NCBI GenBank assembly: GCA_964035545.1
Contig: OZ037765.1
Span: 15,686,995-15,750,994, forward strand
Direction: 5' to 3'
Length of the DNA stretch: 64,000 bases
From: Bugula neritina
Taxonomy: Eukaryota; Animalia; Bryozoa
Positions 1 to 13,400 of the stretch are shown here, in pieces. Positions within the stretch are counted from its first letter, which is position 1. Each line of letters begins with the position of its first letter. The position numbers were made by a program, and so were the translations under genes. The notes beneath the pieces are model-generated. The model was not told where the DNA came from. It saw only the letters and a list, made by a program, of their open reading frames with translations, and ran no database searches.

Positions 1-769
1 GGGCTTTCCATGTACCGATCTCAGATCGATCTCAGCAAGATCGATCTGAGTAATGTGCTCAGATCGATTGTTTTTCCATGAGAGTGTCAGATCGATCTCT
101 CGGAGTTGCCTCCTCTTAGGTGAAGACTACTGTAATAGTATAATTTTTTCACCCACCTGAGTGATAAAAGCTACTGCTGTTGAAAAACAAAATTTTCGTA
201 GTCTAAAATTTAACGTCAACTATAAACTCTACGCAGTAAAGCTTTTAATATGAAGTAATTTGGCCAATTTAAGATAATTGATTTTAATATTTTAGCTTGA
301 CAGCTTATATGAAATTAATAGCTGTTGTGCAGCTTATTCATAAACTTACGGGACTATTAGGCTTAAAATTACGCAGCAAATAACTAATGACAGTCCATTA
401 TACTAGTCGTTTAAATTCAATTTAAATGCTTTCACTTTTTGTATCTTCTACCGTCTATAATTTTACATAATTAAGTTTTCTTAATCATTTTACTGAAAGT
501 CAAAGTTTTGCCACTTGAAAAGGTGGCTATCTTAATTATTAAGTACTTTGCTTAGTAATTAACAATAAGTCATCATTTTTATTAGCAGACAACATTTTAG
601 CGAGCAGTCATTTTTCTACTTCTCGGATCGATCTTTCGTCTTTCCATGGTCTTATTGCCTTGGGATCGATCTAAGTTCGAGCTCAGAACGACTGAGATCG
701 ATCTTTGACGTCTTTCCATGGATCGATCTCCCTGAGATCGATTTGAGATCGGTACATGGAAAGCCGGTG
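1..769. mobile_element. Non-autonomous DNA transposon (MITE) with GATCGATC subterminal repeats, CACTA/CMC-like
   Basis: Positions 2-35 (ggctttccatgtaccgatctcagatcgatctcag) match the reverse complement of 732-765 at 33/34. The right end is ...aaagccggtg (CAC terminus). Many gatcgatc motifs lie near both ends. The left terminus is probably a few bp outside the window. Confidence 0.8.
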
Positions 770-786
770 AATGTGGCTGCAGACTA

Positions 787-949
787 CAGTCGAAACTGAA
801 CTGTGAACCCGTTTTTCCACCTGCTCGAGCATACCTTCAATGCCACATTCTACTTTTTGCTGGTCACACTACAAAAGCTGAACGCCAACTGTCTCTAGCC
901 CCGCAGTAAACTTTTAACTAATAGGAATACCGTAACTCAGTTTCTGCTG
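787..949. mobile_element. Short Tc1/mariner-pogo type MITE
   Basis: TA|cagtcgaaactga ... tcagtttctgctg|TA: imperfect 13-bp TIR with a TA target duplication. Confidence 0.5.
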
Positions 950-2121
950 TATCCACAGCAACCACCAATCAAAATTAGCGCAATTTATTGAGATTTGCTC
1001 CATAATTCAATAAGATTTACTAGTTATTTTTATTCTAATTTACTCACTTCAATTATTTAAAATTATTAGCTTCATTTAATAACATTTACTAACTTTATTC
1101 ATCCGCATTCACTAGCATAGAGAACTGGTAAAATTCAGTGAAATTTATCAACTAAATATTTATTTTCATAATTTATTAAGATTTGCATACATAACTTGAT
1201 CATATTATTAAGTAAAATAATATAGTTATCTTTATAGTATAAGTGTGTAAGTATGTGAACATGATAACATGATGAACCAAGGCATGTGTTCCAACCTATA
1301 ATTTGGATCATTTGGATTTTAGTAAGACAGAGCTGACTAGTGTAGCTATATTGTGTACGATGAGCATGTTGTTATTATTCTAAGAGTTGAAAGGTCAACA
1401 GCTCTAAACGAAGTAGTGACAGACAGCAAAACAAATGATTAGAGGGTTTTATAATGACAGCTGTCAGCTTCATAATTGCTCAATAATAAAACTACAAAAA
1501 TGCTTTTAAGTTTATTTTTTGGCAAACTTTTCAAGAAAATCTTTTAAAAATTTCTGAAACTGCTAAAATGTGTGTGTATGCCAAAATATTAATCTCAGAA
1601 AAAACTCGTACTAGCAATATAGCTTTCACACAAACCTTAAATTTCTATTGATTTTATGTGCTTTCTATATATCATTGATACTCCCCCTTGGACAGGTGGG
1701 AGAAGACAACCTCAAAATACAAATGCCCCTAGCGGGACTTGTGAAAAGGGTCTATTAACTGCTGGAACTGTATAATTGGTAAAATTAAAAATAGAAGTTA
1801 TTTAGGTATTGTAAACACAGCAACAGTTTAATTCAGGTTTTTTTTAACATGCGCTACTGACCCAGCACTAGCAAAGCTCTACAATACCCTTTTGAGGTAG
1901 GTGCAGTAATGGAGAAATTGAGAAAAATCTGTGTTCTAGATTAGAAATGTAGCATAAGAAGTTATGTTCTCATGAGAATTTCAACCAGCGCCCAAACTAA
2001 AATTGAAAGATAAAATTAAAGAACTTGGGCTATCTCAATTTCTCCGCTATTGCTCCTAAATGATCTTTTTGGTATGACCTATAAACACTTTAGATTGTAA
2101 AAGAATCTTTTGAAAACATAC

Positions 2122-2290
2122 CAAAGTTCTGCATGTGTTCCATCTTAAGATGTAGACAAGATGGTTTCATTGTTGCAGGTTCTTTAACACAGGCTTTCAG
2201 AATCTCCCAACAATCAGTCAAAAGAGGTGTCTTCACACACAATGAAGATTCTCCAACAGTTGTTCTAGCATCTTGCAATCGAAACTCCAT
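2122..2290 (-). CDS. Putative first coding exon of an unidentified gene continuing left of the window
   Basis: On the minus strand, acceptor tttcag at 2301-2302, ATG 10 nt downstream, 56 open codons (MEFRLQDARTTVGESSLCVKTPLLTDCWEIL...), then donor G|GTATGT at 2121. Protein not recognised. Confidence 0.4.
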
Positions 2291-2802
2291 ACTATAGTAA
2301 CTGAAATCATGGTTATCGTTTAGATAGAAGAGTCATGTGTAAAGACATCTGTTATTAGATAATCATATGCAAAAGTTACAGAATGGTTTTTAGCACTGTA
2401 GATAATTTAATCTAGATTTCATGACAAGCTTAGTTTATAAATATGAGGGTTTGGCCAATCTCAGCAAATAGATTAGAGAACCAGTCAGTTACAACACCTG
2501 ACTTTTTGTTTGCAGTTTGAATTCAATAAACATTCTTAGTTTTTACATTCTTAGTTTTTAGACAGTCACACTATGCCTACACCTACTTTATAGTACAACT
2601 ACCTATAACACCTCAGGCAAATATTTAGATATAAACTTTAGTACATCTGCTATTGTCACTTGCATCAGCTAATCATTAACTACTTACCCATTGAATAAAC
2701 TGGGTGGTAATAACAATAGGTAATTTTATACAAAAAACATTCAACACAGAGTTTTTCCAATTCACACATCGCATATATTAGTAATTCAAATTTATAGCAT
2801 AG

Positions 2803-3272
2803 TGTAGTAGTTTTGTGGGTTATAGAATGAAATCAGGCAGAGAACATAACTCCTTGTTATAGAAGAGACAAGAGAGAGAGGTTGCCGTGTGCTTGCAGTA
2901 CTTTATTGTAAAGAGAAGTATCCAGTGTGAGCTCCAGTCCGCAAGTGACTGAAACTCTAAAATGCGTGTCCTTTTATACCAGTGGAACAAAGGACTTCTA
3001 GAACCTTCTACCGACAGCGGGCCGATGTTCGGCAGGGAATGGCGACATTCGTCATGTCGGTAACCGACATTCGGTTTGCCGGCATCCACCTGCCGAACTC
3101 GGTCCAGCTGTCGGTTTACATGAATCAGCAAAAATGAACCCAACCAAGTGTATGCGTATTGTAACTTATAATTGGGGAAAGGGGATTAACTGTTTACTAT
3201 GCTAAAGGCTTAACAATAGCCATAGTATTTAAGGTATTAGAAAGTTACGCCACAGACTTAGCTATAACTACA
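2803..3272 (-). mobile_element. Solo LTR (family 1, copy a)
   Basis: TGTAGT...ACTACA termini. On the minus strand TATAAAAG (~2972-2979) precedes AATAAA (~2902-2907). Colinear paralogue at 7173-7672. Confidence 0.8.
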
Positions 3273-4612
3273 GTATTTAGAAAAATAGCCATAAGTAATG
3301 TGTCAAGGGGGATAATTCTTAATATTTACCACAATAGACTGTCTCTATCCTAGAAGTGTACCCGTTATCTAGCTATGCCAGAATATTTAAGCATCGCAGG
3401 TAGTTTAAGCACAATATAGAATGCATTTATTAGATTTTAGAAGCTTCATTAAAAGAAAAACTTTACAAGAAGTGATTTCATTCTGTCAGTTTAAAATTAA
3501 GGAATTCAATTGCCCTTACTAATTAATTAGTGTGTTGGTTTTTATTATTTATTAGTGACTATTGGGGACTATCACAGTCAAACTTCGCTATAAAATGTAT
3601 TCAATCACTTGTACTGATGAGAGTAAACAAATTATTAATGAGAATTTCATCTCAGCTTATCAACCAACTGCAGCATTTGTTGATAACCAGCAAATAATTG
3701 CGAAAATACCTAAAAGTTGTTTCTTCTTCTAAATCTAATATAAAAAATTGTGTTTGTGAAATTTCTTTAACTACTAATTACTCCTATTACCCAGATATTC
3801 ATATATTGGCAGCACAACTGTACTTTGTAGTTTAAATTTTAACTACACAGTCCAACTACAAAAATAGAAAGGTTGAAGATTGCTAGTTAAATCTGACACT
3901 ACTTTGAAGAGAAAGCAGGCTACCAAAGGCAAGTGAAATTGATTTATTGCAGCAGTATTGCAACAGTAGTCTCGTGTTAAAATATTACTATTTTGGTAAA
4001 CACTTCTACATCAATTGTTGAAAAGAAGACCTAAACTGTTCTCCAGCAACAAGTCAGTTATTTATTGTAAATTTGAAAGCTTAGCAGCACATTAGAGTCT
4101 TTGAGTTTATGTTACAAATAATTTAATCATGCTTTTATTGCACTGCCATCATAGATTTTATCCTGAATTCAATATTTTTTGGTACAATATGCTAGTGTTG
4201 AGCGTCGACAAGCTCAAGCAGTTGCTATTGATACATCAATAAAATACCATAAATTTTGACTTATTTGTAATTTAGATGAGCACGTTGGAGATACATGCAA
4301 ACAGAAAACATATGCAAAGGCCCCCATGTTTACAACTTTCAGAGCCTTCTACTACATTCAGGGACTACTTGCTAAACCACAAAGTATTCGACATTTGGTC
4401 TGGACACCATGATTTGATCAAAAACTTGCAAGTCAATTCTATCATATTGGGTTGAATCAACTTAAATCATAGGTCCATTTACATTTTGTTTTAACTATGA
4501 CTTGACTTGGCTAGCCATTAACTGAGTTTGACTAGCAGTGAATAGAAATAGTAATACTAAATATAACTTTTGTAAGAATAATAAATTGTTGAATAAAATA
4601 ACAATATTGTAT

Positions 4613-5810
4613 TGTTGTAGTTACGCCTCCATCCTTCCTTTTTATATTCTGGCATTGTTTACAGTCCCTGTCAGGTCGTCGGTTCGATCCATCGGCATTG
4701 CTGTGTTTCTTCCCGGTCGATGTTCAATTTGGTAAGAAAACTTGGCAAGGATTTCAAGCCAATATTCGACCAGACTAGAGGGCTTAGCCGATCAGCACAG
4801 TCATATCTGTTACGCGTGGTCGATTCACAACCGGAACGTTCTCTCTATAGATATGGCCTGAAGTGCTTGACCACCTTAATTACTGCCAAGATTTCCCTCC
4901 TGGTGGTGCAGTATTTTTTCTCAGTGGCCAAAAGGGCTTTGCTCTAGTAAGTGACAGTCACTTCGCAACCATCTTGGACCTGCAACACTACTGCTCCCAC
5001 ATTTTGGTCAGTGGCGTCGCTATCCAGGATGTACTCCTTTGTTGGATCGAGGTATGCAAAGATAGGTGCTTCCATCAAGCTATCCTTGAGGTGGCCGAAT
5101 GCCACTGCCACTGGACCCTTTTGGCTGTAAAATTATTCAATGCCTGCACCACCTGAGTCAACTGTTCCACTGTGGTTGCATGCTCCTGCAGAGGTGTCTT
5201 GGGCTCACGCCTCAGCCCCTGCAGGCAAACCCTGGCATCTGAGGCTGTGATCCCAAACCAGGCTTACAGCGCACCGTAGATGCTGTCGATGTCACTTCCT
5301 ACCTCGTAGCATTTGGCCTGTTCCATCACACAATCACTTGTGTGGGAGTGCCACGTAAGGGGCCATTCAGAGATTGGCCGCCACATCACTAAGCTCTGCT
5401 ATAAGTTGCTCCATGTCCTCTCCGCTAAAGACTGGAGCCTTTAGACAGTACATGTCTACAGGTGGTGCCTGGGTGGCTGGCCTATGCAGAGGGTCAGACG
5501 AGAGCCTCGAGCATAAGCTGCTCCTCTGCTGCTGGAGCACCAACCCATTTGCCGTCTCCTGCGACACATCTACTTTCAAAGAGATTGCCTTTAGGAGAGC
5601 TCAGCTCCTACAATCCCACCGCTGCCACCACTGTTGCAGTTTTACGGCACAAGAGTATTGTATGATTATAAAACCACCAAGGCAGTTCATAAGAACCTAA
5701 TGCCCAGAACATAGGAATTCTTCGTGGTATCGGGAGAAGAGAGAATAATTGCAAGTCAGTAATCTGTATTAAAAGCTTGGCAATTACAGAGTTCAGGCCT
5801 GACTCTTTAC
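4613..5810 (-). mobile_element. Internally deleted, degenerate Ty3/Gypsy LTR retrotransposon remnant (partial 5' LTR, PBS, gag N-terminus, RNase H)
   Basis: Minus-strand translation gives gag-like KAPVFSGEDMEQLIAELSDVAA, joined to RT/RNase H motifs AFGHLKDSLMEAPIFAYLDPTKEYILDSDA, SKALLATEKKYCTTRREILAVIKVVKHFRPYL and WLEILAKFSYQIEHRPG, with stops and frameshifts. LTR-type ends tgttg(c/t)agtt at 5632 and 4613. Right boundary approximate. Confidence 0.8.
5612..5630 (-). promoter_or_regulatory. Primer-binding site complementary to the tRNA-Leu 3' end
   Basis: Plus strand aatcccaccgctgcca+cca equals the conserved 3' end of eukaryotic tRNA-Leu(AAG/TAG) including CCA. It lies 1 nt from the LTR end at 5632. 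Confidence 0.85.
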
Positions 5811-5820
5811 AAGTAGTGTA

Positions 5821-6012
5821 ATTTTAGCGAGCATTCTTTTCCTACTTCTCAGATCAATCTGGTGTCTTTTCGTGGTCTTCTTGCCTTGAGATCAATCCGA
5901 GTTCGATCTGCACAAACCGACCAGCTCGGATCGACTGAGAGCGATTTTTGATGTCTTTCCACGGATCGACCTCGCTAAGATCGATCTGAGATCGATCCAT
6001 GGAAAGCCTGTG
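5821..6012. mobile_element. Right-end fragment of the MITE family at 1-769
   Basis: Colinear with 594-769 and ends ...catggaaagcctgtg. Confidence 0.75.
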
Positions 6013-6214
6013 ATTGCTGGTCTCTCATCCAGTTTACAAAATATCCCTTGCTCACGCAATATGCCTATGGGTTGTTAAACATCTTAAGAAACTCCCATTT
6101 TCATTTTGTTACTCTTTTTCAAACTTTACTTTTATTGGGCGTTTTTGATTGGAGTGTTATATCTCTCTTCCTGATCTCATAGCTTGAACAGGAGCATTAG
6201 TAAAACTAAAAGTA

Positions 6215-6630
6215 AATGCAATGATTAGTGAGTAATGAGCAATGAGCAATGATCATCACATACTGATACGGATGAAATGATGAGAATATTTTAGGATAAG
6301 ACATTATGATTAGTTTAGGATTGTTCATCGTGAGATTTAAATCATCATTATGATTATCATTATACGATTATGATCACATTGACTCATACTCATAGTCATG
6401 TCCATAAGGATAAGCCATTGTGATTGAGTTTTGCATTTTCCTTCTGATTTAGTTTGACAATTACGATTACTATTAGTATTACCATTACTATTAGTATTAG
6501 ACTTAGTGATTACTTTCAGTTTCAGTTAAATACAATTTAATAATAATTTCACTATGATTTCATGTTCCGTTTCACATTGATTTTGAATATCTATTACTAT
6601 TAGTAGTACTCTCACTATTATAGTATTAGT
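6215..6630. repeat. Cryptic triplet low-complexity tract (TGA/TCA/TTA then TAG/TAC/TAT)
   Basis: For example atcatcattatgattatcatta and tactattagtattaccattactattagtattag. Confidence 0.6.
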
Positions 6631-6829
6631 GAAGTTATTGTAAGTGAGTTGAACGGGGTTAAAGCTACACCTCCGGTAAAGGTTTACATTTGCATTTTCT
6701 GTTAGCGACAAGTGTCTCTCAACGCTCAAATGAACATAATATCTGGATCACACTGTTGTAAATGCAGAATCAAAGTGGGTGTTATCCGGCGTAATTTATT
6801 CAAAGTGGCGACTTTAGGGCATGGGAAAT

Positions 6830-7172
6830 CATTATGCCTCACTCTGTGCCGCGGGTTTATATAAGTTATAAGTGGAAAATTTTGCCATTTTGTTATTTTA
6901 TCATTTTTTCATATTATATGTGTACATTTTTTAGTTTTGGTTTACTGCTAAAATTTTTAAACACATTTTTATGCATATAAATTAAAATCAATTTGAAAAT
7001 TTACTCATAAACATAAATACAAAGCTATAAAGTCTAAGTTTTGCTATGATTACAAATTACAATGTGAATATGAAAAGAATAATGCTTCCAATAAAATTTT
7101 TTAAACAAAAATACATTACAATTTCTATAAACGTAAAACTAGTGAATTGAATGCAAATAGGCATAGTAATAC
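6830..7172 (+). repeat. Dispersed repeat with an inverted paralogue at 16465-16790; interrupted by a solo LTR at 7173
   Basis: For example ctagtgaattgaatgcaaataggcatagtaata versus the reverse complement of tattgctatgcctatttgcatccaatttattag (~16468-16500). Colinear over ~330 bp. Confidence 0.7.
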
Positions 7173-7672
7173 TGTAGTAATTTGTGGGTTATAGAATGAA
7201 ATCAGGCAGAGAACATAACTCCTTGTTATAGAAGAGACAAGAGAGAGTGGTGAGTTCGTGTGCGTACAGTATTCTTTATTGTAGTAGAGATGTATCCAGT
7301 CTGGGCTCTAGTCTTCAGGTGACTGAAGCTTGAAAATACGTGTTCTTTTATACTAGTACTCGTAGAACAAAGAACTTCTAGAACCTTCCACCGACAGCGG
7401 GCCGATATTCGGCAGGAAATGCTGACATTCGTCATATCGGCAACTGACACTGGAAATGTCAAGAATCAACATTCGGCCTGTCTGCATCCACCTGCCGAAC
7501 TCGGTCCAACTGTCGGTTTACATAAGCAAAAAGAAATGAACCCAACCAAGCATATGTATTGTACTTATAATTAGGAAAAAGGGATTATGTATTCACTACG
7601 CTAAAAGCTGTAACAATAGTCATAGCATTTAAAGTATTAGAAAGTTACGCCACAGACTTGGCTATAACTACA
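7173..7672 (-). mobile_element. Solo LTR (family 1, copy b)
   Basis: TGTAGT...ACTACA termini; flanks atac/gtac (4-bp TSD with 1 mismatch); colinear with 2803-3272. Confidence 0.8.
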
Positions 7673-8340
7673 GTACTAGCCATAAGGAAGTTAAACTTGA
7701 CATTCCTTGATATGTTTTCTCTAATATACTTTCTTTGTTTTTTGAAATTCTGTTTATGCTCTTCACAATTTGGTAAAAACATACACCATTTTTCAAGTTT
7801 CACTGCAATTTTCTAAATTCTTCATATGGTGGTTCTAGCTACGCTCCTGTGACTAATTATAACATTCCTAGTACGTTTGCTGCTCTGCGCGCTATCACAA
7901 TAACATATAGTACCCTCTCGCACAAATTGGCAATCTGTTGGATTTCTGCCAATATAACGTTCCCTGTTTTACATTAGCACTTAGCTGAATCATCTCACTA
8001 TGTTACAATCTATTGAAAGTGCCTCAGCACAACATAATTCTTTGTTTGTTTGGCAGAGTTAATTTCAGCTAAATCACTTCACTTTGCAGTCTTGTCAGTA
8101 AAGGTCTGTCTATAGTGCAGCAGGTGTACTTTCAGTTTCTCTAATTCACATATGATTATTTTAAGTACATTGTATTATATAACATCAATTTAAGGTTTAG
8201 CTCAGTGTTCAGTATTTAATTGGTATGCATGTATGTTGTCCTACTGTTAAACAAAAGTTAAAAAAAACTTTACAATTATAGCCATATTTATTATACATGC
8301 GTAGGATTTGCATAAGTTGACAAAAAAATTGCAACAAAAC

Positions 8341-8395
8341 AGGATCGAACCATGACCAACAAACTCGTTGCCGGCGCATTTAACCTCTAGACCAC
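8341..8395 (-). mobile_element. tRNA-derived SINE-like head (Pol III A/B boxes)
   Basis: Minus strand gTGGTCTAGAGGtta (A box) ... GGTTCGATCCt (B box) at tRNA-like spacing, with no intact cloverleaf. Confidence 0.45.
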
Positions 8396-8756
8396 TCAAT
8401 CAACCTTAAATACATGGTACTATATAAGTAACTATTAACACATAAATATTTTTCGCGCAAATGGGTTATAATTATTAGGCTGATTAGCAGTGAACTGTTG
8501 CAATAGCCTCGGGTTACTAGCAAAGCTAATGGTTTTGAACAAATAACCCAAAAGTTGAAAAATAAGTAGCTTGCGTATTACTAGCTACAAAAACAGGTCT
8601 GAAATAGAGTGGTAAAGCATGCTCTTGCTTATTATTGTAGAGTTGCAGATGTGCTCCAAAATAAAACTTAAACTGTATGCTATTACATAAGTATTTGTAT
8701 GCAAAAGAGTGATGGACAATACTGAGTTTTTGGAAAACACCATACTAGAAGTAGGA

Positions 8757-9187
8757 GTCCATTGTTCCAAAGGTCCATTAGTCAAAAAATTAGTACACAA
8801 GGTATCCTCATTGAGAAGATCATTAATTTCACTCGCAATTTAGTTCAAGTTCTTGCTACATTATTGCTTTGTGGGTGGCATGTGTGTTGCCTACTTGCTA
8901 CATCATCTATCAACATGATATTGACAGGCTAGTTAATAGCTTGGTGTGTACTTTGCTTCTAGAGCAGCCATACTTGAGGTAGCTGCTTATTGATAATAGA
9001 GTAATCTCAGGCTAAACAATCACAAGTAGGCAACACGCATGCCACCCACAGAGCAATAATAAAGCAAGAACTTAAACTAAATTGTCAGTGAAATTAATGA
9101 TATTCCCAGTGAGGATACCTTGTGTACTAATTTTTTGACTAATGGACCTTCGAAGCAATGGGCCTTCGGAATATTGACTAGTCACCC
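8757..9187. mobile_element. Foldback-type MITE with ~140-bp inverted arms
   Basis: 8757-8897 is the reverse complement of 9023-9163 (aaggtccattagtcaaaaaattagtacacaaggtatcctca is a perfect match), with a ~125-bp spacer. Confidence 0.75.
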
Positions 9188-10458
9188 TTGAAGTAAACTT
9201 TGACAATGGTGTTTTATTTTCTTCATACACTAGCACACGTAGGGCCTATAGCATAACTCTCCAATCATATGAATCTTTATGAAGCCCACAGCCCATGTAA
9301 GGGTGGCAATGTAATTTGAAACTAAAAATTATGTTGCTGCATTGTGTTTAAGGTATATTATGGAGCAAAATTTGGTTTTGGTAGCCTACCCCAACGGCAT
9401 TCTACAATACAGCTCATACGCTGGCAGTTGTAATAAGAACTGACAATAGCAAGGTTACAATCACTGCTAGCTCTGTGCAGTATGTAACCTCTTGAATAAT
9501 TGCGCCAATTTTAAACTCTTGGAAGTTGGCCAAATTATCATATCGCAGCCAGCCACAGGAGACAAAGCATCACAGCTATTCATATAATATTATACTGATG
9601 CACTTGGTAGCAGAGTGGCTAATCTAATATAGTTCATAGTTCAACACCCTTTACTTTGGGAATACAGCCCCTTTTTTAGGTTTACCCAACAAAGCATGAA
9701 CATATCTAAACTGATATTCTGATAATTTAGAGGTACATTTTGAAAACTAGGTTAGTTGCACTTGTTTGCACAACAACAATAATAAAATATATATTATGCA
9801 GTATAATAAAAACACACTTAATACTACATAATATATTATAATGATATTAATATAATATTATAAGTACCATTACTGCATTTTATAACTCGGATGGTTTCCA
9901 AAAAAATGTATCACAAATTCTGTAATTATACATCCAAAAAAACTAGCTAGGCAGCAGGTTGGAATTGAGTAAATTTTTAAAACATGAAATCATGATTTGA
10001 ATATTGTTTTATTTAGGCCAACCAACCTAGGAATACAAGATTGGGTTTTAGCTGACAGTTTATAACATTTAGCTTTTGAGCCAGCAGCACTGGCACTTGT
10101 GAAGTATAGGCAAAGTTAGTGAAGCGAGACTAACGAGCACTCAAATACAAGGCATATTGAGATATACAATAACAAGTCAGGAGCGTATAAATTAGAAAGA
10201 ATGTGGAAGGGGGATTATGTTTTTCAACAAGCTATAACTTAAACATGAATTAGCTTTTGAAAAAAATAAAAAAGTATATTGGAGAACATAAGTTTCTTTA
10301 TCTTTTCATATTTTTTTTGTTCCTGTGACATTCAACCTGTTCGAGCTATCAGTGGAACATTGTTCATATAGAACATAAAGCACCTGGCAAAAAGCCAGAA
10401 ACTGAAAAGTATGACCTTAAACTAACTGTGTAACTGTAAAATAATAAAGTTGAAAGTA

Positions 10459-13400
10459 TTATAAGTCTAACAGCACTCTTGCCTTACGTATCCTATTTGA
10501 ACGCCTTGGCTCTGGAGGTGTGGGGACAGGTGCTGAAGGTGTACTCACAGTTGCAGGAGTTTGAAGACTATCAGGACGAGGCTCCATGTGCTCAGAGGTT
10601 GGACCTGTTTGAGGTGCAGAGACTGGCGGCAAATGGCTTAATGAAGAAGGTGTGTTCCTAGAAATTAAATCACATGGCACACCGGTAAATGGCTGAACAC
10701 TAATATCTAAAGGAGTGATTTTATTTTGGTCATTAGCTATTTTCACTTCTCGGTGCTTGAGTTGGTCTACATGGCGTTTCCATTTCTTTTCTCCTACCTG
10801 TATGAAATAACACAACGGGCCAACCTGGTCAATTATTACCCCTTTTTTCCATTTAACAGTTCCAAAGTTACACCTCACCCAAACATCTGAGCCTATGTCA
10901 AATTTACGGTGTATAGCTATAGGACCTGCATCATGTAGTTTTGATGTTATGTCAGGCTTTAAGCAATCAATCCTTGTTCTCAATGTTCGACCAAGCATTA
11001 AAGTTGCAGGGCTCTCACCAGTAGTTGAGTGAGGAGCATTACGATAAGCCAACAAAAATCTGTCTAACCGATACTGTAAATCTAAACCTTAAAAGGCCCT
11101 TAGAGCACTTTTGACTGTTTGTACAAACCGCTCTGCTAAACCATTAGTGGCTGGATAATAGGGTGCACTTTTCTTATGCTTGATGCCCAAATGTGCCAAA
11201 AAGGCTTCAAACTCTTCGCTACAAAATTGTGGTCCGTTGTCACTGACCAGCTCCATAGGTACACCCCATCTAGCAAAGATTGGCCTAAGCATGTTTATAG
11301 TACTTTGGGAGGTGGTAGATTTTGTAACACACACTTCAGGCTACTTAGAATATGAATCCACCACTACTAGTAACATATGACTTTCTACAGGACCAGCATA
11401 GTCAATATGAATGCGCTGATATGGTCGAGTTGTGGGTAGCCATGGGTGTGTATTAACTGATTTAGGGTCATTACTCATAGACATGCATGAATCGCAAGAC
11501 CTGCTAGTTGCTTCAATATCTTTGTCTAAGCCTGGCCACCACATAAATGACCTTGCTACAGATTTCATTTTACATATACCTGAATGCTCAACATGCAATT
11601 CTTTTAACAGAGGGTTTTGAAGAGAACGTGGGATAACTACTCGATTTCCCCACATAACTACTCCTGACATGATAGATAGCTCATTTCTCCTAGCAAAGAA
11701 AGGGTTCAGATCCCAGTCGGCCTCACACAAGTTTTGAGGCCAGCCCTCTCTCACTAGTCTGAATACCTTACACAGTGTTGGGTCTTTAGCAGTGAGCTTA
11801 GCAACTTGTAAGGAAGTGATAGGAAGTCCAAGATTGTCAACTTTAAAAATAAAGGCATGGGGTTCTTCATTCAATTCACTAGCAGCTACTGAATCAGGAT
11901 ACCGGGAAAGAAAATCTGCCCTATTATCTTTGCTTCTGCGCCACTCAACGGTGTAATCATATCCTAAAAGCTTTAAAGGCCACCTTTGAATACGCTCTGC
12001 TGTCATAACCGGAAGCCCCCTCTCTGGGGCAAATATTCTACTTGGAGCCTGATTGTCCGTCACTAGAGTAAACTTCAGCCCATATAAGAAATGCCTGAAT
12101 TTTTCTAACCCAAAAACAACAGCCAAACCTTCTCACTCTATTTGTGGATACAAAACCTGCGCAGATGTTAATTTTCGAGATGCAAATTGTATGGGGCGTT
12201 CTACATCTTCAATAACGTGTGAAAGAACTGCTGCTATGCCTACTCTTGAGGCATCACACGTTAGTTTCACAGGCAAGTTTGGGTTAAAGTGAACTAGCAG
12301 CTTACTTCCTCTCAATAAGTTTTTATATTTTTCAAAAGCATTCTGGGCCGTCTTATCCCAAACAAATTTAGCATTGGCCTTAAGCAAAGCATTCAAAGGG
12401 GCAACAGTCGCAGCAAGGTTGGGCAAGTAACGCCTGTAAAAATTCAGTAGGCCCACATAAGATCTCACTTTCGATTTATCCTTAGGTGCCTCAGTTTCAA
12501 GGATGCTATCTAACTTGGCAGGAATTGGCCTAATGCCCTCACCATTAATTATGTGACCAAGATATTTCACTTCTGGCTTCAGAAAAGAACATTTTGAGTG
12601 CTTTAATTTCAAACCATGTTCTTTTATACGTTTGAAAACCAACTCTAGCCTATGGTTATGTTCCTCTACAGTTTGCCCTGCAACCAATATGTCATCATAA
12701 TATATATGAACACCCTCTATACCATTAAGCACATGTTCTATGGCATTTTGCCACAAAGACGGAGCAGTCTTGATACCATACGGCAGTCTGTTATACGGAT
12801 ACAAGCCTCTATGGGTGACCAGTGTTAGCAACTCTTTGGATGACTCATGTATGACCATCTGATTATATGCTTGGGCAAAATCTAAGTTTGAGAAATATTT
12901 GTTTCCTGCTAAATCACACAGAATATTTTCCATGTTTATTTGAGGTGTTGCTACTTCCTTAAGAAGAGGGTTGACTGTCGACTTAAAATCACCGCAAAGT
13001 CTGATTGAGCCGTCAGGTTTGGGGATAAAGAGTAAGCTAGTGGATTAGCTACTGTGTTCAACAGGTGTCAAAATTCCTTCATTAATTAGCCTATCAAGCT
13101 CCTTATCTACTACAGACTGAAGTGCAATAAGCACTCTGTAAGGTTTAGAGCATTTGGGGGTAGCGCCATCAACCAACTCAAGCTTAACTGGTGAACCTTT
13201 TAGCAAACCTTGATCTTTAAAAATATTAGAGTACGCAGCCAGCAATTGTTCTATGCCATTTACCGATGAACTTACCACACTCTTTATGGCTTGCCAATTA
13301 ATTTGCAACTCTCTCAGCCAGTCTCTTCCCAACAAGGCAAACTTTGATGCACCAAGCACATGAAGCCACATCCGTTTAGTCTGGCCAAAATTTTTGACAT

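Noticed and set aside
5612-5630. tRNA-Leu gene
   Set aside because: Only the 3' 19 nt including CCA are present, next to an LTR end, so this is a primer-binding site.
2803-7672. One full-length retrotransposon bounded by the two similar LTRs
   Set aside because: Outer flanks do not form a TSD (atag vs gtac), the LTRs differ by many substitutions and indels, no PBS or PPT adjoins them, and the internal Gypsy remnant has its own different LTR ends.
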